Shown here piece after piece: positions 56,554 to 64,000 of a stretch of DNA of 64,000 nucleotides (position 1 is its first letter; each line of letters opens with the position of its first letter). A program made the position numbers and the translations under genes. The notes beneath the pieces are model-generated. The model ran no database searches. It worked only from the letters and a program-made list of their open reading frames with translations, and had not been told where the DNA came from. Source of the DNA: Thermoanaerobaculia bacterium (GTDB lineage Bacteria; Acidobacteriota; Thermoanaerobaculia; Multivoradales; JAGPDF01); contig JBDTQG010000005.1 in the NCBI GenBank assembly GCA_039932315.1, positions 21,186 through 85,185 of the forward strand. Direction: 5' to 3'.

Positions 56554-56583
56554 ACGGCTGTAACAGTTTTGTAACACAGCCGT
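56554..56583. other. 8-bp inverted repeat (acggctgt / acagccgt) around an A/T-rich loop with two TGTAACA direct repeats
   Basis: Read directly in the 156-bp gap between convergent genes. TGTAACA occurs at 56559-56565 and 56570-56576 (11-bp period). Confidence 0.35.
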
Positions 56584-56678
56584 AGGGTAGAAAATCCGAA
56601 GTTGGCCGTGGCAACTCGGCGACCTGGTCGACGACCGCTCCCTGACAGACGCTCCCGGCTCCGTCTCGATTCCGGGCG

Positions 56679-57368
56679 TCAGCCGCGACCGACGATCGAA
56701 AGCTCCTGCCGCAACTTGATTACCGAATCGCTCGCGTAGATTCCGCTCCGCAGCTGCACGCCGGTATAAATGTGGGTCCCCGCGCCAACGATGGTGCCGG
56801 GATTGACCACGGCGTTGCAGCCCAGGGCAACGCCGTCGCCCAGGATGGCTCCGAGCTTTCGTCTTCCGGTCTGGAGCCTTTCGCCGGGCCCGGGGGCGGA
56901 GGGGATCGCGATCTCCTGACCGTCGTGGCGGAAATTCGACAGGATTGAGCCCGCCCCCATATTGACGTTCGCGCCCAGGATCGAATCGCCGAGGTAGTTG
57001 AGATGGGCAGCATGAGCTCCAGGGAAAAGAATGCCGCGCTTCATCTCGACGTTCGCACCGACCACGCAGCCGTCCCCGATCCAGCAGCCGCCGCGCAGAT
57101 AGGCGCCGACGCGGACATCGACGTCCTCGCCGATCCAGATCGGGCCTTCGAGCACCGCTCCCGGCGCGACCCGCGAACCTTTGCCGAGAAAGATGCCGTC
57201 TCCGAGAAGGTGCGCCGCCGGATGCACCCGGCCGAGAATTTCCGCGGACTCGAGTCCGGCGAGAAAGGATTCGATCGGCGCGTCGAGCAGCGTCCACGGG
57301 CGCTCCGGATCGTACCCGGAGGTGAAGACCGCCGGCAGGTTTGCGAACAGCCGGGGGAGCGGGCTCAC
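56679..57368 (-). CDS. left-handed beta-helix (hexapeptide-repeat) transferase, GlmU C-terminal-like
   Basis: Repeated [LIV]-G-x-x-x-x hexads (IGEDVDVRVGAYLRGGCWIGDGCVVGANVEM ... LGDSILGANVNMGAGSIL). The start overlaps the epimerase stop by 4 nt. Confidence 0.75.
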   Translation of the reverse strand: MSPLPRLFANLPAVFTSGYDPERPWTLLDAPIESFLAGLESAEILGRVHPAAHLLGDGIFLGKGSRVAPGAVLEGPIWIGEDVDVRVGAYLRGGCWIGDGCVVGANVEMKRGILFPGAHAAHLNYLGDSILGANVNMGAGSILSNFRHDGQEIAIPSAPGPGERLQTGRRKLGAILGDGVALGCNAVVNPGTIVGAGTHIYTGVQLRSGIYASDSVIKLRQELSIVGRG

Positions 57369-58309
57369 GGCGTCGTCACGGGCTTCGCGCGGTGGCGATA
57401 GTAGGGCAGCGTGCGGTCGAGACCGGCCGCAAGCCGGGTTTTCGGCGCTGCCCCGAGAGCCCGCTCGAGCCGGGACGCGTCGAGGGAGTTCCGCCGCAGC
57501 TCAGCGGCGAGCGGCGCTTCGTGGCGCGGTCGAATCGTCGAGCCCAGCTGCTCGGAAACGATGGAGTAGAGAACGTTGACCGAGGTTTCGATGCCGGTGC
57601 CGACGTTGTATACACCCGGTGTCCAGCGATCGAGCGCTGCGCGGTGCGCGACGACGAGATCGCCGACGAAGACGTAGTCGCGCGTCTGCTCGCCGTCGTC
57701 GAAGATCCGCGGCGTCTCGCCGGCGAGGAGCTTCTCGGCGAGGATGGCGACGATTCCCGCTTCCCCTTTCGGCTCCTGCCGCGGGCCATAGATATTGGCG
57801 TAGCGAAAGACGATCGGATCGAGGTCGCCCATCACGCGGAAAGCATCGAGATAGAGCTCGACCGCGAGCTTCGCGCAGCCATAGGGACTGGTGGGATGGG
57901 TCGAGTGCTTTTCATCGCAGGGGAAAACCTGCTGATCGCCGTAGACGGTTCCACCGCTCGAGGCGAAGAGAACGCGACGGACGCCGGCCTTCTTGCAGGC
58001 GTTGATCAGCTCGAGCGTCGCGAGAATGTTGATGCGCGCGTCGCGCGACGGATCGGCGATCGAAACGCGGACGTTGACCTGCGCCGCGTGGTGACTGACG
58101 ACGTCGATGCCTTCCCTGCGAACGATCTCGTCGAGACCGGGGGCTCCGAGATCGCGTTCGTAGAATTTCGCGCCGGGAGGGATGTTCTCGCGCTTGCCGG
58201 TGGAAAGATCGTCCACGATGACCACGCGGTCGCCATGGGACAACGCTTCTTCCGCAAGGTGGCTGCCGATGAAGCCGGCGCCGCCGGTGATGAGCAGGGT
58301 ATTCGCCAT
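57365..58309 (-). CDS. NAD-dependent sugar-nucleotide epimerase/dehydratase (GalE-like SDR)
   Basis: Met at 58309. ITGGAGFIGSHL Rossmann motif and the SPYGCAKLA (YxxxK) catalytic motif. The 71 upstream codons of the ORF are Arg/Pro-rich and rejected. Confidence 0.85.
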   Translation of the reverse strand: MANTLLITGGAGFIGSHLAEEALSHGDRVVIVDDLSTGKRENIPPGAKFYERDLGAPGLDEIVRREGIDVVSHHAAQVNVRVSIADPSRDARINILATLELINACKKAGVRRVLFASSGGTVYGDQQVFPCDEKHSTHPTSPYGCAKLAVELYLDAFRVMGDLDPIVFRYANIYGPRQEPKGEAGIVAILAEKLLAGETPRIFDDGEQTRDYVFVGDLVVAHRAALDRWTPGVYNVGTGIETSVNVLYSIVSEQLGSTIRPRHEAPLAAELRRNSLDASRLERALGAAPKTRLAAGLDRTLPYYRHRAKPVTTP

Positions 58310-58329
58310 GCACGGATTATAGTGAGGCG

Positions 58330-59034
58330 GTGATCGCGGAGCGGAGGCTGAAGAGTGCGTTCTTCGCTCGCGCTGCCGAAGAGGTGGCGCGCGACCTTCT
58401 CGGCCGTCATCTCGTGCGCGAACTGCCGGCGGGCCGGATCGTGGCGCGGCTGGTCGAGACCGAGGCGTATTGCGGACCGCACGATCGCGCGAGTCACACG
58501 TTCGGCGGCCGACGGACGCCACGCAACGAGTCGATGTACCTTGGCGGCGGCCACGCCTACGTCTACCGGATCTACGGCATTCATTTCTGCCTGAACGTGG
58601 TCACCGGCGCTGCCGGTGAAGGGATCGCGGTGCTCCTGCGGGCGGCGGAGATCGTCGAGGGAGAGACTCTCGTGCGGCTCCGGAGACCGGGTCCGCTGCC
58701 ATCGCCGCGCCTTCTCGCCGGGCCGGGAAATCTGACCCGCGGTCTCGACGTCGATCTCTCTCTCGATGGCGTGCGCCTCGACCGCGGTGCGCTGCGTCTC
58801 GAGGCGGGTGAAGTCTATTCCGGGGAGATTCTCTGCGGACCGCGAGTGGGCTGCGAATCGGCCGGAGAAGCGGCCGACTGGCCGTTGCGCTTCACGGTCG
58901 CTGGGAGCGCTGCCGTTTCACGCCCATGGCCGAAAACCGTGGATCGGGCTAAGGCTTCTTCTCCAGGCGGATATGTCCCGCCTTCAGGAGCTTCCAGACC
59001 GCGAGCTGGACGTCGAGCGCGTTCATCGAGCTGA
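58330..59034 (+). CDS. DNA-3-methyladenine glycosylase (Mpg/AAG family)
   Basis: LVETEAYCGPHDRASH...GHAYVYRIYGIHFCLNVV...GPGNLTRGL is the Pur_DNA_glyco pattern. The last ~30 codons run into the convergent gene and may be a run-on tail. Confidence 0.85.
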   Translation: MIAERRLKSAFFARAAEEVARDLLGRHLVRELPAGRIVARLVETEAYCGPHDRASHTFGGRRTPRNESMYLGGGHAYVYRIYGIHFCLNVVTGAAGEGIAVLLRAAEIVEGETLVRLRRPGPLPSPRLLAGPGNLTRGLDVDLSLDGVRLDRGALRLEAGEVYSGEILCGPRVGCESAGEAADWPLRFTVAGSAAVSRPWPKTVDRAKASSPGGYVPPSGASRPRAGRRARSSS

Positions 59035-60082
59035 TCTTCACGATCGACTGCAGATCGTAGGTGCCGTTGAGTCGCGTCAAGAGGAAGCCTTCCTGCGGCG
59101 AGATCTTGAGCTGAGTGAGCTCTTCCATCGTCCGCGCCAGAACCGGTATCGCGGTCGGAGAAACGCCCGATTTTTCCACCGCGACGCGGATCTGATCCTC
59201 GATCTTGTCGGTTTCACCGGCCAGCTTGCGGTTGTCGGGGTCGAGTGCGCGCGCTGCACGCATGTAGCGCAGCGCGAGCTCGAACTCGCTCTTCTGCATC
59301 GTCTGCTGGGCGACGAGAAGCAGCGCATCGGAGGTGACCGGTGCGCCGGAGCTCGCCGCCGCCGGTTCGGCAGCGGCGTTGCCGCGCGGGCGGACGATCT
59401 TCAGCCGCCGCGACTGCACCTGGCGGAAGAGGATGCGACAGACATGAAATTCGCTCGAGTGGGTCAGCTTGCAGATGTCGGAGACGGTGCGGTCGTCGTC
59501 GATCAACGACAGGATCTGCGGCGCGCCCTCGGTCAGCACCTTGTCGTCATAGGTGGAGACCGAGACGGGGACGCACTGCGCCGAGGGGATGATGTCGCGG
59601 ATCCGCTTCCACTCGTCGAAGCGCTGCATGCCCTCGAGCACCAGACCGGCGACGTCGATCGCGATCGGCACCATGTTGGCGCTCGGGAGCTGCTGATCGA
59701 GAAATCGAAAATCACCTTCGGACCAGCTGAAAACGTCGTAGATCGACTCCTCGGCCTTGAGCCGGAGCATGCGATGCAGATCCTTCTCCGAGATCGCCCC
59801 GATCGTCGAGAGAATCTTGCCGAGGAGCATTTTGTTGCTTTCCTGCATCCGCATCGCCTGGCCGAGCTCGGTGTCGGTGATGAAGCCGTGGCTGACGAGA
59901 AAGGCTCCCAGATGTTCCTTCGGATCCGTGGACGCGGACGAGACGATCATGCCGTCGCGGAAGAAGATCTGTTTCGTGACTTTCCCGTTCTCGACCACGA
60001 GCGTGCCGGTCTTCATGGATCCGGAGAGCCATTGAAGGAGCTCGGCGAGCTCCATGGTCTTGAGATTGCCCGTAATACTCAT
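58949..60082 (-). CDS. DUF4388 (PatA-N-like) domain protein
   Basis: GNLKTMELAELLQWLSGSMKTGTLVVENGKVTKQIFFRDGMIVSA-like N-terminus typical of DUF4388. A helical middle region and a second related C-terminal module follow. Confidence 0.65.
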   Translation of the reverse strand: MSITGNLKTMELAELLQWLSGSMKTGTLVVENGKVTKQIFFRDGMIVSSASTDPKEHLGAFLVSHGFITDTELGQAMRMQESNKMLLGKILSTIGAISEKDLHRMLRLKAEESIYDVFSWSEGDFRFLDQQLPSANMVPIAIDVAGLVLEGMQRFDEWKRIRDIIPSAQCVPVSVSTYDDKVLTEGAPQILSLIDDDRTVSDICKLTHSSEFHVCRILFRQVQSRRLKIVRPRGNAAAEPAAASSGAPVTSDALLLVAQQTMQKSEFELALRYMRAARALDPDNRKLAGETDKIEDQIRVAVEKSGVSPTAIPVLARTMEELTQLKISPQEGFLLTRLNGTYDLQSIVKISSMNALDVQLAVWKLLKAGHIRLEKKP

Positions 60083-60196
60083 CGCGGAGGTCGAAGGAAG
60101 TCATTATAGCCGCGCGAGTTGCGGCCGCTGTTCGGGATTCGGCGAGACCCGGCGGTGTCGACCATCTCGGGAGGCGATCGCGGCGCTGGCCGGCCG

Positions 60197-60685
60197 CTAC
60201 TTGCGCGCGATCGTGGTGCCGCGCTGGCCCTGATAGTGCGACGACGAGCCGGGCTCGCCGTACGCGACTTCAGGTTCCGATTCCATGGCGATGAAGATCA
60301 GCTGCGCGATACGCCGGTCGGCTTCGAGCACGAACGGCGTCGGCCCCAGGTTCTGCAGCTCGAGCGTGATGTTGCCCTGGAACCCGGGGTCGCACCAGCC
60401 CGCCAGCGAGTGGTTGATCCACAGGCGGCCGAGTGTCGACTTGAGCTTCAGGTCGCAGGCCGCCGTGCGCGGAATGCGGACGTATTCGAGAGTCGAAGCC
60501 AGCACGACCTCGCCCGGGAAGAGCTTGATGTGGGGCGCGCGGAACTCCTCCGGATCGCGGGTCGGGCAGATCCAGTGGTCCGAGAGCCGCAGGTCGTAGG
60601 AGGCGGAGTTCACCTGCGCCGGCGCGTAGGGTTCGACGCCGCCGGCCTCCGCCCAGGCGCGAATCCAGTGATCGGGTTTGATCAT
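60197..60685 (-). CDS. dcd: dCTP deaminase / dUTPase-superfamily protein
   Basis: SYDLRL, LFPGEVVLASTLE, GWCDPGFQGNITLELQNLG and IAQLIF fit the Dcd trimeric dUTPase-fold pattern. It is shorter (162 aa) than E. coli Dcd. Confidence 0.7.
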   Translation of the reverse strand: MIKPDHWIRAWAEAGGVEPYAPAQVNSASYDLRLSDHWICPTRDPEEFRAPHIKLFPGEVVLASTLEYVRIPRTAACDLKLKSTLGRLWINHSLAGWCDPGFQGNITLELQNLGPTPFVLEADRRIAQLIFIAMESEPEVAYGEPGSSSHYQGQRGTTIARK

Positions 60686-60690
60686 CGCGA

Positions 60691-61674
60691 TCAGTTGAAG
60701 AAGGCGGGAGTGGAAAGCTCTTCGCGGTGAATCGTATCGACGAAGCGGATCATCTTCCGGCCGAGCGACATGAAGAGGGTCTGCGTCCGGGAACCGCCAC
60801 CGAAAAACCGAACGCCGTGGAGGAGCTCTCCGTCCGTGACGCCACTGCAGGAGAACAGGATCTGCTCTCCCGGCGCCAGATCTTCCGTCTGATAGATCTT
60901 CGACAGGTCGTGGTACCCGAGGGCCGTGAGGCGTTCGCGCTGCGCGTCGTTGGTCGCGACCAGCCGGGCCTGGATCTCGCCGCCGAGGCAGCGCATGGCG
61001 GCCGCGGTGATGACGCCCTCCGGCGCGCCACCGGTGCCGAAGACCGCGTGAACACCTGTGCCACGGACGGCGGCGGCGATACCGGCGGAGAGGTCGCCGT
61101 CGCCGATCAGCCGGATCCGCGCGCCGGCGGTCCGGATGTCCGAGATCAACTGCTCATGTCGCGGACGATCGAGCACGACGACCGTCAGATCCTCGATGTC
61201 GCGGTTGAAGGCCTTGGCGAGCGCCCGCAGATTCTCGGAAACCGGCGCGTCGAGGTGGACCTTGCCCTTTGCGGTCGGCCCGACGATGAGCTTTTCCATA
61301 TAGCTGTCGGGAGCGTGGAGGAGCCCGCCGCGCTCGGCTGCAGCGAGGACCGCGGTTGCATCGGGCGCGCCGGTCGCGCAGAGGTTCGTTCCCTCGAGCG
61401 GATCGACTGCGATGTCGACGCCGACGCCGTCCGAGCGGCCCTTGAGCGCGCCGACCTCTTCGCCGATGTAGAGCATCGGCGCTTCGTCACGTTCGCCCTC
61501 GCCGATGACGATCCGCCCGGCGATCGCCAGGGCGTCGAGCTCGAGACGCATCGCTTCGACCGCCACGCGATCCGATTTGTGGCGATCGCCGAGCCCCATG
61601 GTGTGGGCGGCGGCGATGGCCGCCTGTTCGGTGACGCGGATGAAATCGTGCTCGAGAATCCGGTCGAGAGTCAT
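60691..61674 (-). CDS. glpX: class II fructose-1,6-bisphosphatase
   Basis: Met at 61674. [33 protein letters not shown] and [20 protein letters not shown] are GlpX hallmarks. Confidence 0.9.
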   Translation of the reverse strand: MTLDRILEHDFIRVTEQAAIAAAHTMGLGDRHKSDRVAVEAMRLELDALAIAGRIVIGEGERDEAPMLYIGEEVGALKGRSDGVGVDIAVDPLEGTNLCATGAPDATAVLAAAERGGLLHAPDSYMEKLIVGPTAKGKVHLDAPVSENLRALAKAFNRDIEDLTVVVLDRPRHEQLISDIRTAGARIRLIGDGDLSAGIAAAVRGTGVHAVFGTGGAPEGVITAAAMRCLGGEIQARLVATNDAQRERLTALGYHDLSKIYQTEDLAPGEQILFSCSGVTDGELLHGVRFFGGGSRTQTLFMSLGRKMIRFVDTIHREELSTPAFFN

Positions 61675-62915
61675 CGGCGCGCCGCTCCTGCGGCGTCCGC
61701 CGCGGCCTTCGCCGCCGGCTTCGGCTTCTTCTCGCTGATCCGCGGCGGATTGTAGGCGGCGATACCGGTCACGGCCTCGCCGATCACCAGCCCGTGAATG
61801 TCGTGAGTGCCTTCGTAGGTGTAGACCGACTCGATGTTCAGCATGTGTCGAATGACCGGGTAGTCGTCGACGATGCCGTTCGCGCCGAGGATCTCCCGCG
61901 ACAGCTTCGCGCACTCACGGGCGACCCAGATGTTGTTGCGCTTGCCCATCGAGACGTGATGCGGCTTGAGCTTGCCCGCTTCCTTGAGCTTGCCCATCTG
62001 CAGCGCGAGGAGCTGCCCCTTGGTGATCTCGGTGATCATCCAGGCGAGCTTCTCCTGCACCAGCTGATGGCTGGCGATCGGCTGCCCCATGAACTGGATC
62101 CGTTGCTTGGCGTACTCGAGCGCGGTGTAGTAACACTCCATCGCCGCGCCGAGACCGCCCCAGGCGATTCCGTAGCGCGCCTGCGTGAGGCAGGAGAGCG
62201 GACCGCGGAGGCCGGAGACACCGGGAAGAACCGCGTCGGCCGGGATCCGGCAGTCGTGAAGCCCGAGCTCCGAAGTCGTCGACGCCCGCAGCGAGAACTT
62301 GCCGTGCTGATCGGAGGAGGTGAACCCGGGCGTGCCTTTTTCGACCAGAAAGCCGCGGATTCCATCGTCGGTCTGCGCCCAGACGATCGCGACGTCGGCG
62401 AGAGTGCCGTTGGTGATCCACTGTTTGGCGCCGTTCAGCACCCAGCCGTCGGCGGTCTTCTTCGCGTGGGTGCGCATGTCTCCGGGGTTCGACCCGAAGT
62501 CCGGCTCCGTCAGGCCGAAGCAGCCGATCGCTTCGCCCGAACCGAGGCGCGGGATCCAGCGATCTTTCTGCTCCTTCGAGCCGAAGGCGTAGATCGGGTA
62601 CATGACGAGCGAGGACTGCACGGAAACGAAGCTGCGGAGTCCGGAGTCGCCGCGCTCGAGCTCCTGCATGATGAGACCGTAGGCGATGTTGTCGAGCCCG
62701 GGCAGCCCGTACTCGTCGATCGTCGATCCGAACAGGTTCAGGCGCCCCATTTCGGGCACCAGCTCGAGGGGCGTGCGGCCATCGCGATGGCACTCCTCGA
62801 TGATCGGCTTCACCTTCTCGTCGACGAAGGCGCGTACCGAGTCGCGCACCAGCCGCTGCTCCTCGGTGAGGAGCCCGTCGAAATCCATGTAATCGACACC
62901 GGGGAAGCGGTTCAC
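61671..62915 (-). CDS. gcdH: glutaryl-CoA dehydrogenase-like acyl-CoA dehydrogenase
   Basis: GTG 62915 preceded by AGGAGG with a 5-nt spacer. [32 protein letters not shown] and [13 protein letters not shown] align with remembered GcdH. It has a ~22-aa K/A/P-rich C-terminal tail, and its stop overlaps the glpX start by 4 nt. Confidence 0.8.
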   Translation of the reverse strand: MNRFPGVDYMDFDGLLTEEQRLVRDSVRAFVDEKVKPIIEECHRDGRTPLELVPEMGRLNLFGSTIDEYGLPGLDNIAYGLIMQELERGDSGLRSFVSVQSSLVMYPIYAFGSKEQKDRWIPRLGSGEAIGCFGLTEPDFGSNPGDMRTHAKKTADGWVLNGAKQWITNGTLADVAIVWAQTDDGIRGFLVEKGTPGFTSSDQHGKFSLRASTTSELGLHDCRIPADAVLPGVSGLRGPLSCLTQARYGIAWGGLGAAMECYYTALEYAKQRIQFMGQPIASHQLVQEKLAWMITEITKGQLLALQMGKLKEAGKLKPHHVSMGKRNNIWVARECAKLSREILGANGIVDDYPVIRHMLNIESVYTYEGTHDIHGLVIGEAVTGIAAYNPPRISEKKPKPAAKAAADAAGAARR

Positions 62916-63026
62916 GATGGCCTCCTGAAGCTTCAGCTGGGCAGTTGAAAACGACGTGAAAAGCCGGCCGGACAAGCCCCCGCCGCAGCCAGCAAGTCTA
63001 GCACGCGGCTCCGCTATGATCGGCCC

Positions 63027-63317
63027 GTGGCGAGCTTTCCCGGAGGCAGCGCATACGCGATGGCGAAGGACATCGCGGAGGGTTATCTACTGGTCACCGA
63101 GCGGACCTTCCTCAAGCTCGAAACGGCTCAGCTCGATCAGCTGGCTTTCGAGATGGAGCGCGGTCTGCGCGACATCCGCAGCGACCTTTCCGCCCAGGAC
63201 GACATGCCCACTATCCAGCAGCGCAATCGCCGTCTGCAGCGTCTCACCGGAGCGATCTCGATGCTGCGCAGTGTTCAGGCCCGGTTCCGTTCCCGTCTCG
63301 ATCGCCGGAAGATCTGA
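63027..63317 (+). CDS. small hypothetical protein
   Basis: 96-aa ORF (GTG 63027; ATG alternative at 63060), predicted helical; no family recognised. Confidence 0.4.
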   Translation: MASFPGGSAYAMAKDIAEGYLLVTERTFLKLETAQLDQLAFEMERGLRDIRSDLSAQDDMPTIQQRNRRLQRLTGAISMLRSVQARFRSRLDRRKI

Positions 63318-63325
63318 CGCCACCG

Positions 63326-64000
63326 ATGGAGATTCTGCGGACGGCCGGACCGGCGACAGCGGCGCTCGCCGCGGCGCTGCTCTTCGACCACATGACGCGG
63401 CGGCGCGGACTCGATCCGCCGGGCTTCCGCGAACCGACGCGGCGCTTCGCGGCGATGTCGCTGGTCGCGTTCTGTTTCTACGTCGGCATCTTCGCCGCCC
63501 TCGCGACGATCGGCCGCCAGGCGGAAGTCGATCTCACGCAGCTCCGGACCTGGCAGCTCTTCACGCTGCACGGACTGTTCGTGCTGACGATCCTCGGCTG
63601 GTGGGCGACCGGATTCGCGCTCGCGACACGACCGCGACCGCCACTTCCGGCAAGCGGCCTCGAGGGGGAGTTGTCGGCCGCGACCGAGCCGCCTCCACGG
63701 CCGCCCGGAAAGCTGCGGAGCTTCGCCGAGCAACTCGGATTCCGCACGCCTCACCTCGGTCGCGAGATCGGCGTCGGACTCATCGCCGGCGTCGGCGCAT
63801 GGCTGGCGGTTCTGTGCGGCGTTCTGGTCTTCGCCCTGATCCTGCAGGCGGTGTCCGGGGAGGAGCTGTTGCCGCAGACACCGCCGGCGGTCATTCCCTG
63901 GCTCGCTGCGCAACCGATCCTGCTGCGCCTGGCGATCGCGGCATCGGCGGGGCTGGTCGAAGAGACGTTCTTTCGCGGCCTGCTCCAGCCGCGGATCGGC
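63326..64000 (+). CDS. CPBP family intramembrane glutamic endopeptidase (CAAX protease-like), 3' partial
   Basis: My own translation from ATG 63326 is open to the window end (225 codons). It has multiple TM helices and the EExxxR motif (GLVEETFFRGLLQPR) at the very end. It is not listed in the supplied ORF track. Confidence 0.65.
   Translation, partial: MEILRTAGPATAALAAALLFDHMTRRRGLDPPGFREPTRRFAAMSLVAFCFYVGIFAALATIGRQAEVDLTQLRTWQLFTLHGLFVLTILGWWATGFALATRPRPPLPASGLEGELSAATEPPPRPPGKLRSFAEQLGFRTPHLGREIGVGLIAGVGAWLAVLCGVLVFALILQAVSGEELLPQTPPAVIPWLAAQPILLRLAIAASAGLVEETFFRGLLQPRIG

Noticed and set aside
57365-58522. 71-codon N-terminal extension of the epimerase ORF, and likewise the 80-codon extension of the glpX ORF (to 61914)
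   Set aside because: The extensions are Arg/Pro/Ser-rich. They precede the conserved N-terminal Rossmann and GlpX motifs that begin at internal Met codons, and they overlap neighbouring genes.

Overview
High-G+C bacterial chromosomal segment. Codon third positions are almost uniformly G/C, and nearly every real gene carries a long antisense 'shadow' ORF. I call 68 protein-coding genes, one gene remnant, three in-frame or intergenic 9-bp tandem repeats and a few hairpins. I saw no rRNA, tRNA, CRISPR array, transposase or integrase.

Layout:
- 1-28 kb: a patchwork of small stress/detox genes (2 DinB, 2 RidA, VOC/glyoxalase, SRPBCC, GNAT, alpha/beta hydrolases, MOSC, cupin, MFS+LysR, ArsR). It is interrupted at 6.4-11.7 kb by a galactofuranose-related glycan cluster: short GT2, two large polytopic membrane proteins and UDP-galactopyranose mutase.
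- 28-36 kb: a UvrA-like ATPase translationally coupled to an FHA-RDD membrane protein, then a MauE-type redox module and an outer-membrane beta-barrel candidate.
- 36-38.6 kb: an orphan LuxC/LuxE pair.
- 38.7-44.8 kb: a tightly coupled module of blue-copper-type protein, Cache/HAMP/cyclase-like Ser/Thr kinase, ECF sigma, anti-sigma-like protein and CpxP-like protein, followed by CorA. I rate this the most interesting candidate system.
- 44.8-50.6 kb: an ECF sigma + TPR Ser/Thr kinase pair downstream of a nuclease-helicase fusion.
- 50.8-64 kb: housekeeping-type genes (CNT nucleoside transporter, PBP4, PP2C phosphatase, epimerase, Mpg, Dcd, GlpX, GcdH).

The sigma(PF07638-like)+STK-TPR pairing and the overall gene content suggest an Acidobacteriota-like organism, but that is only an inference. 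All family calls come from motif recognition by eye; no searches were run.
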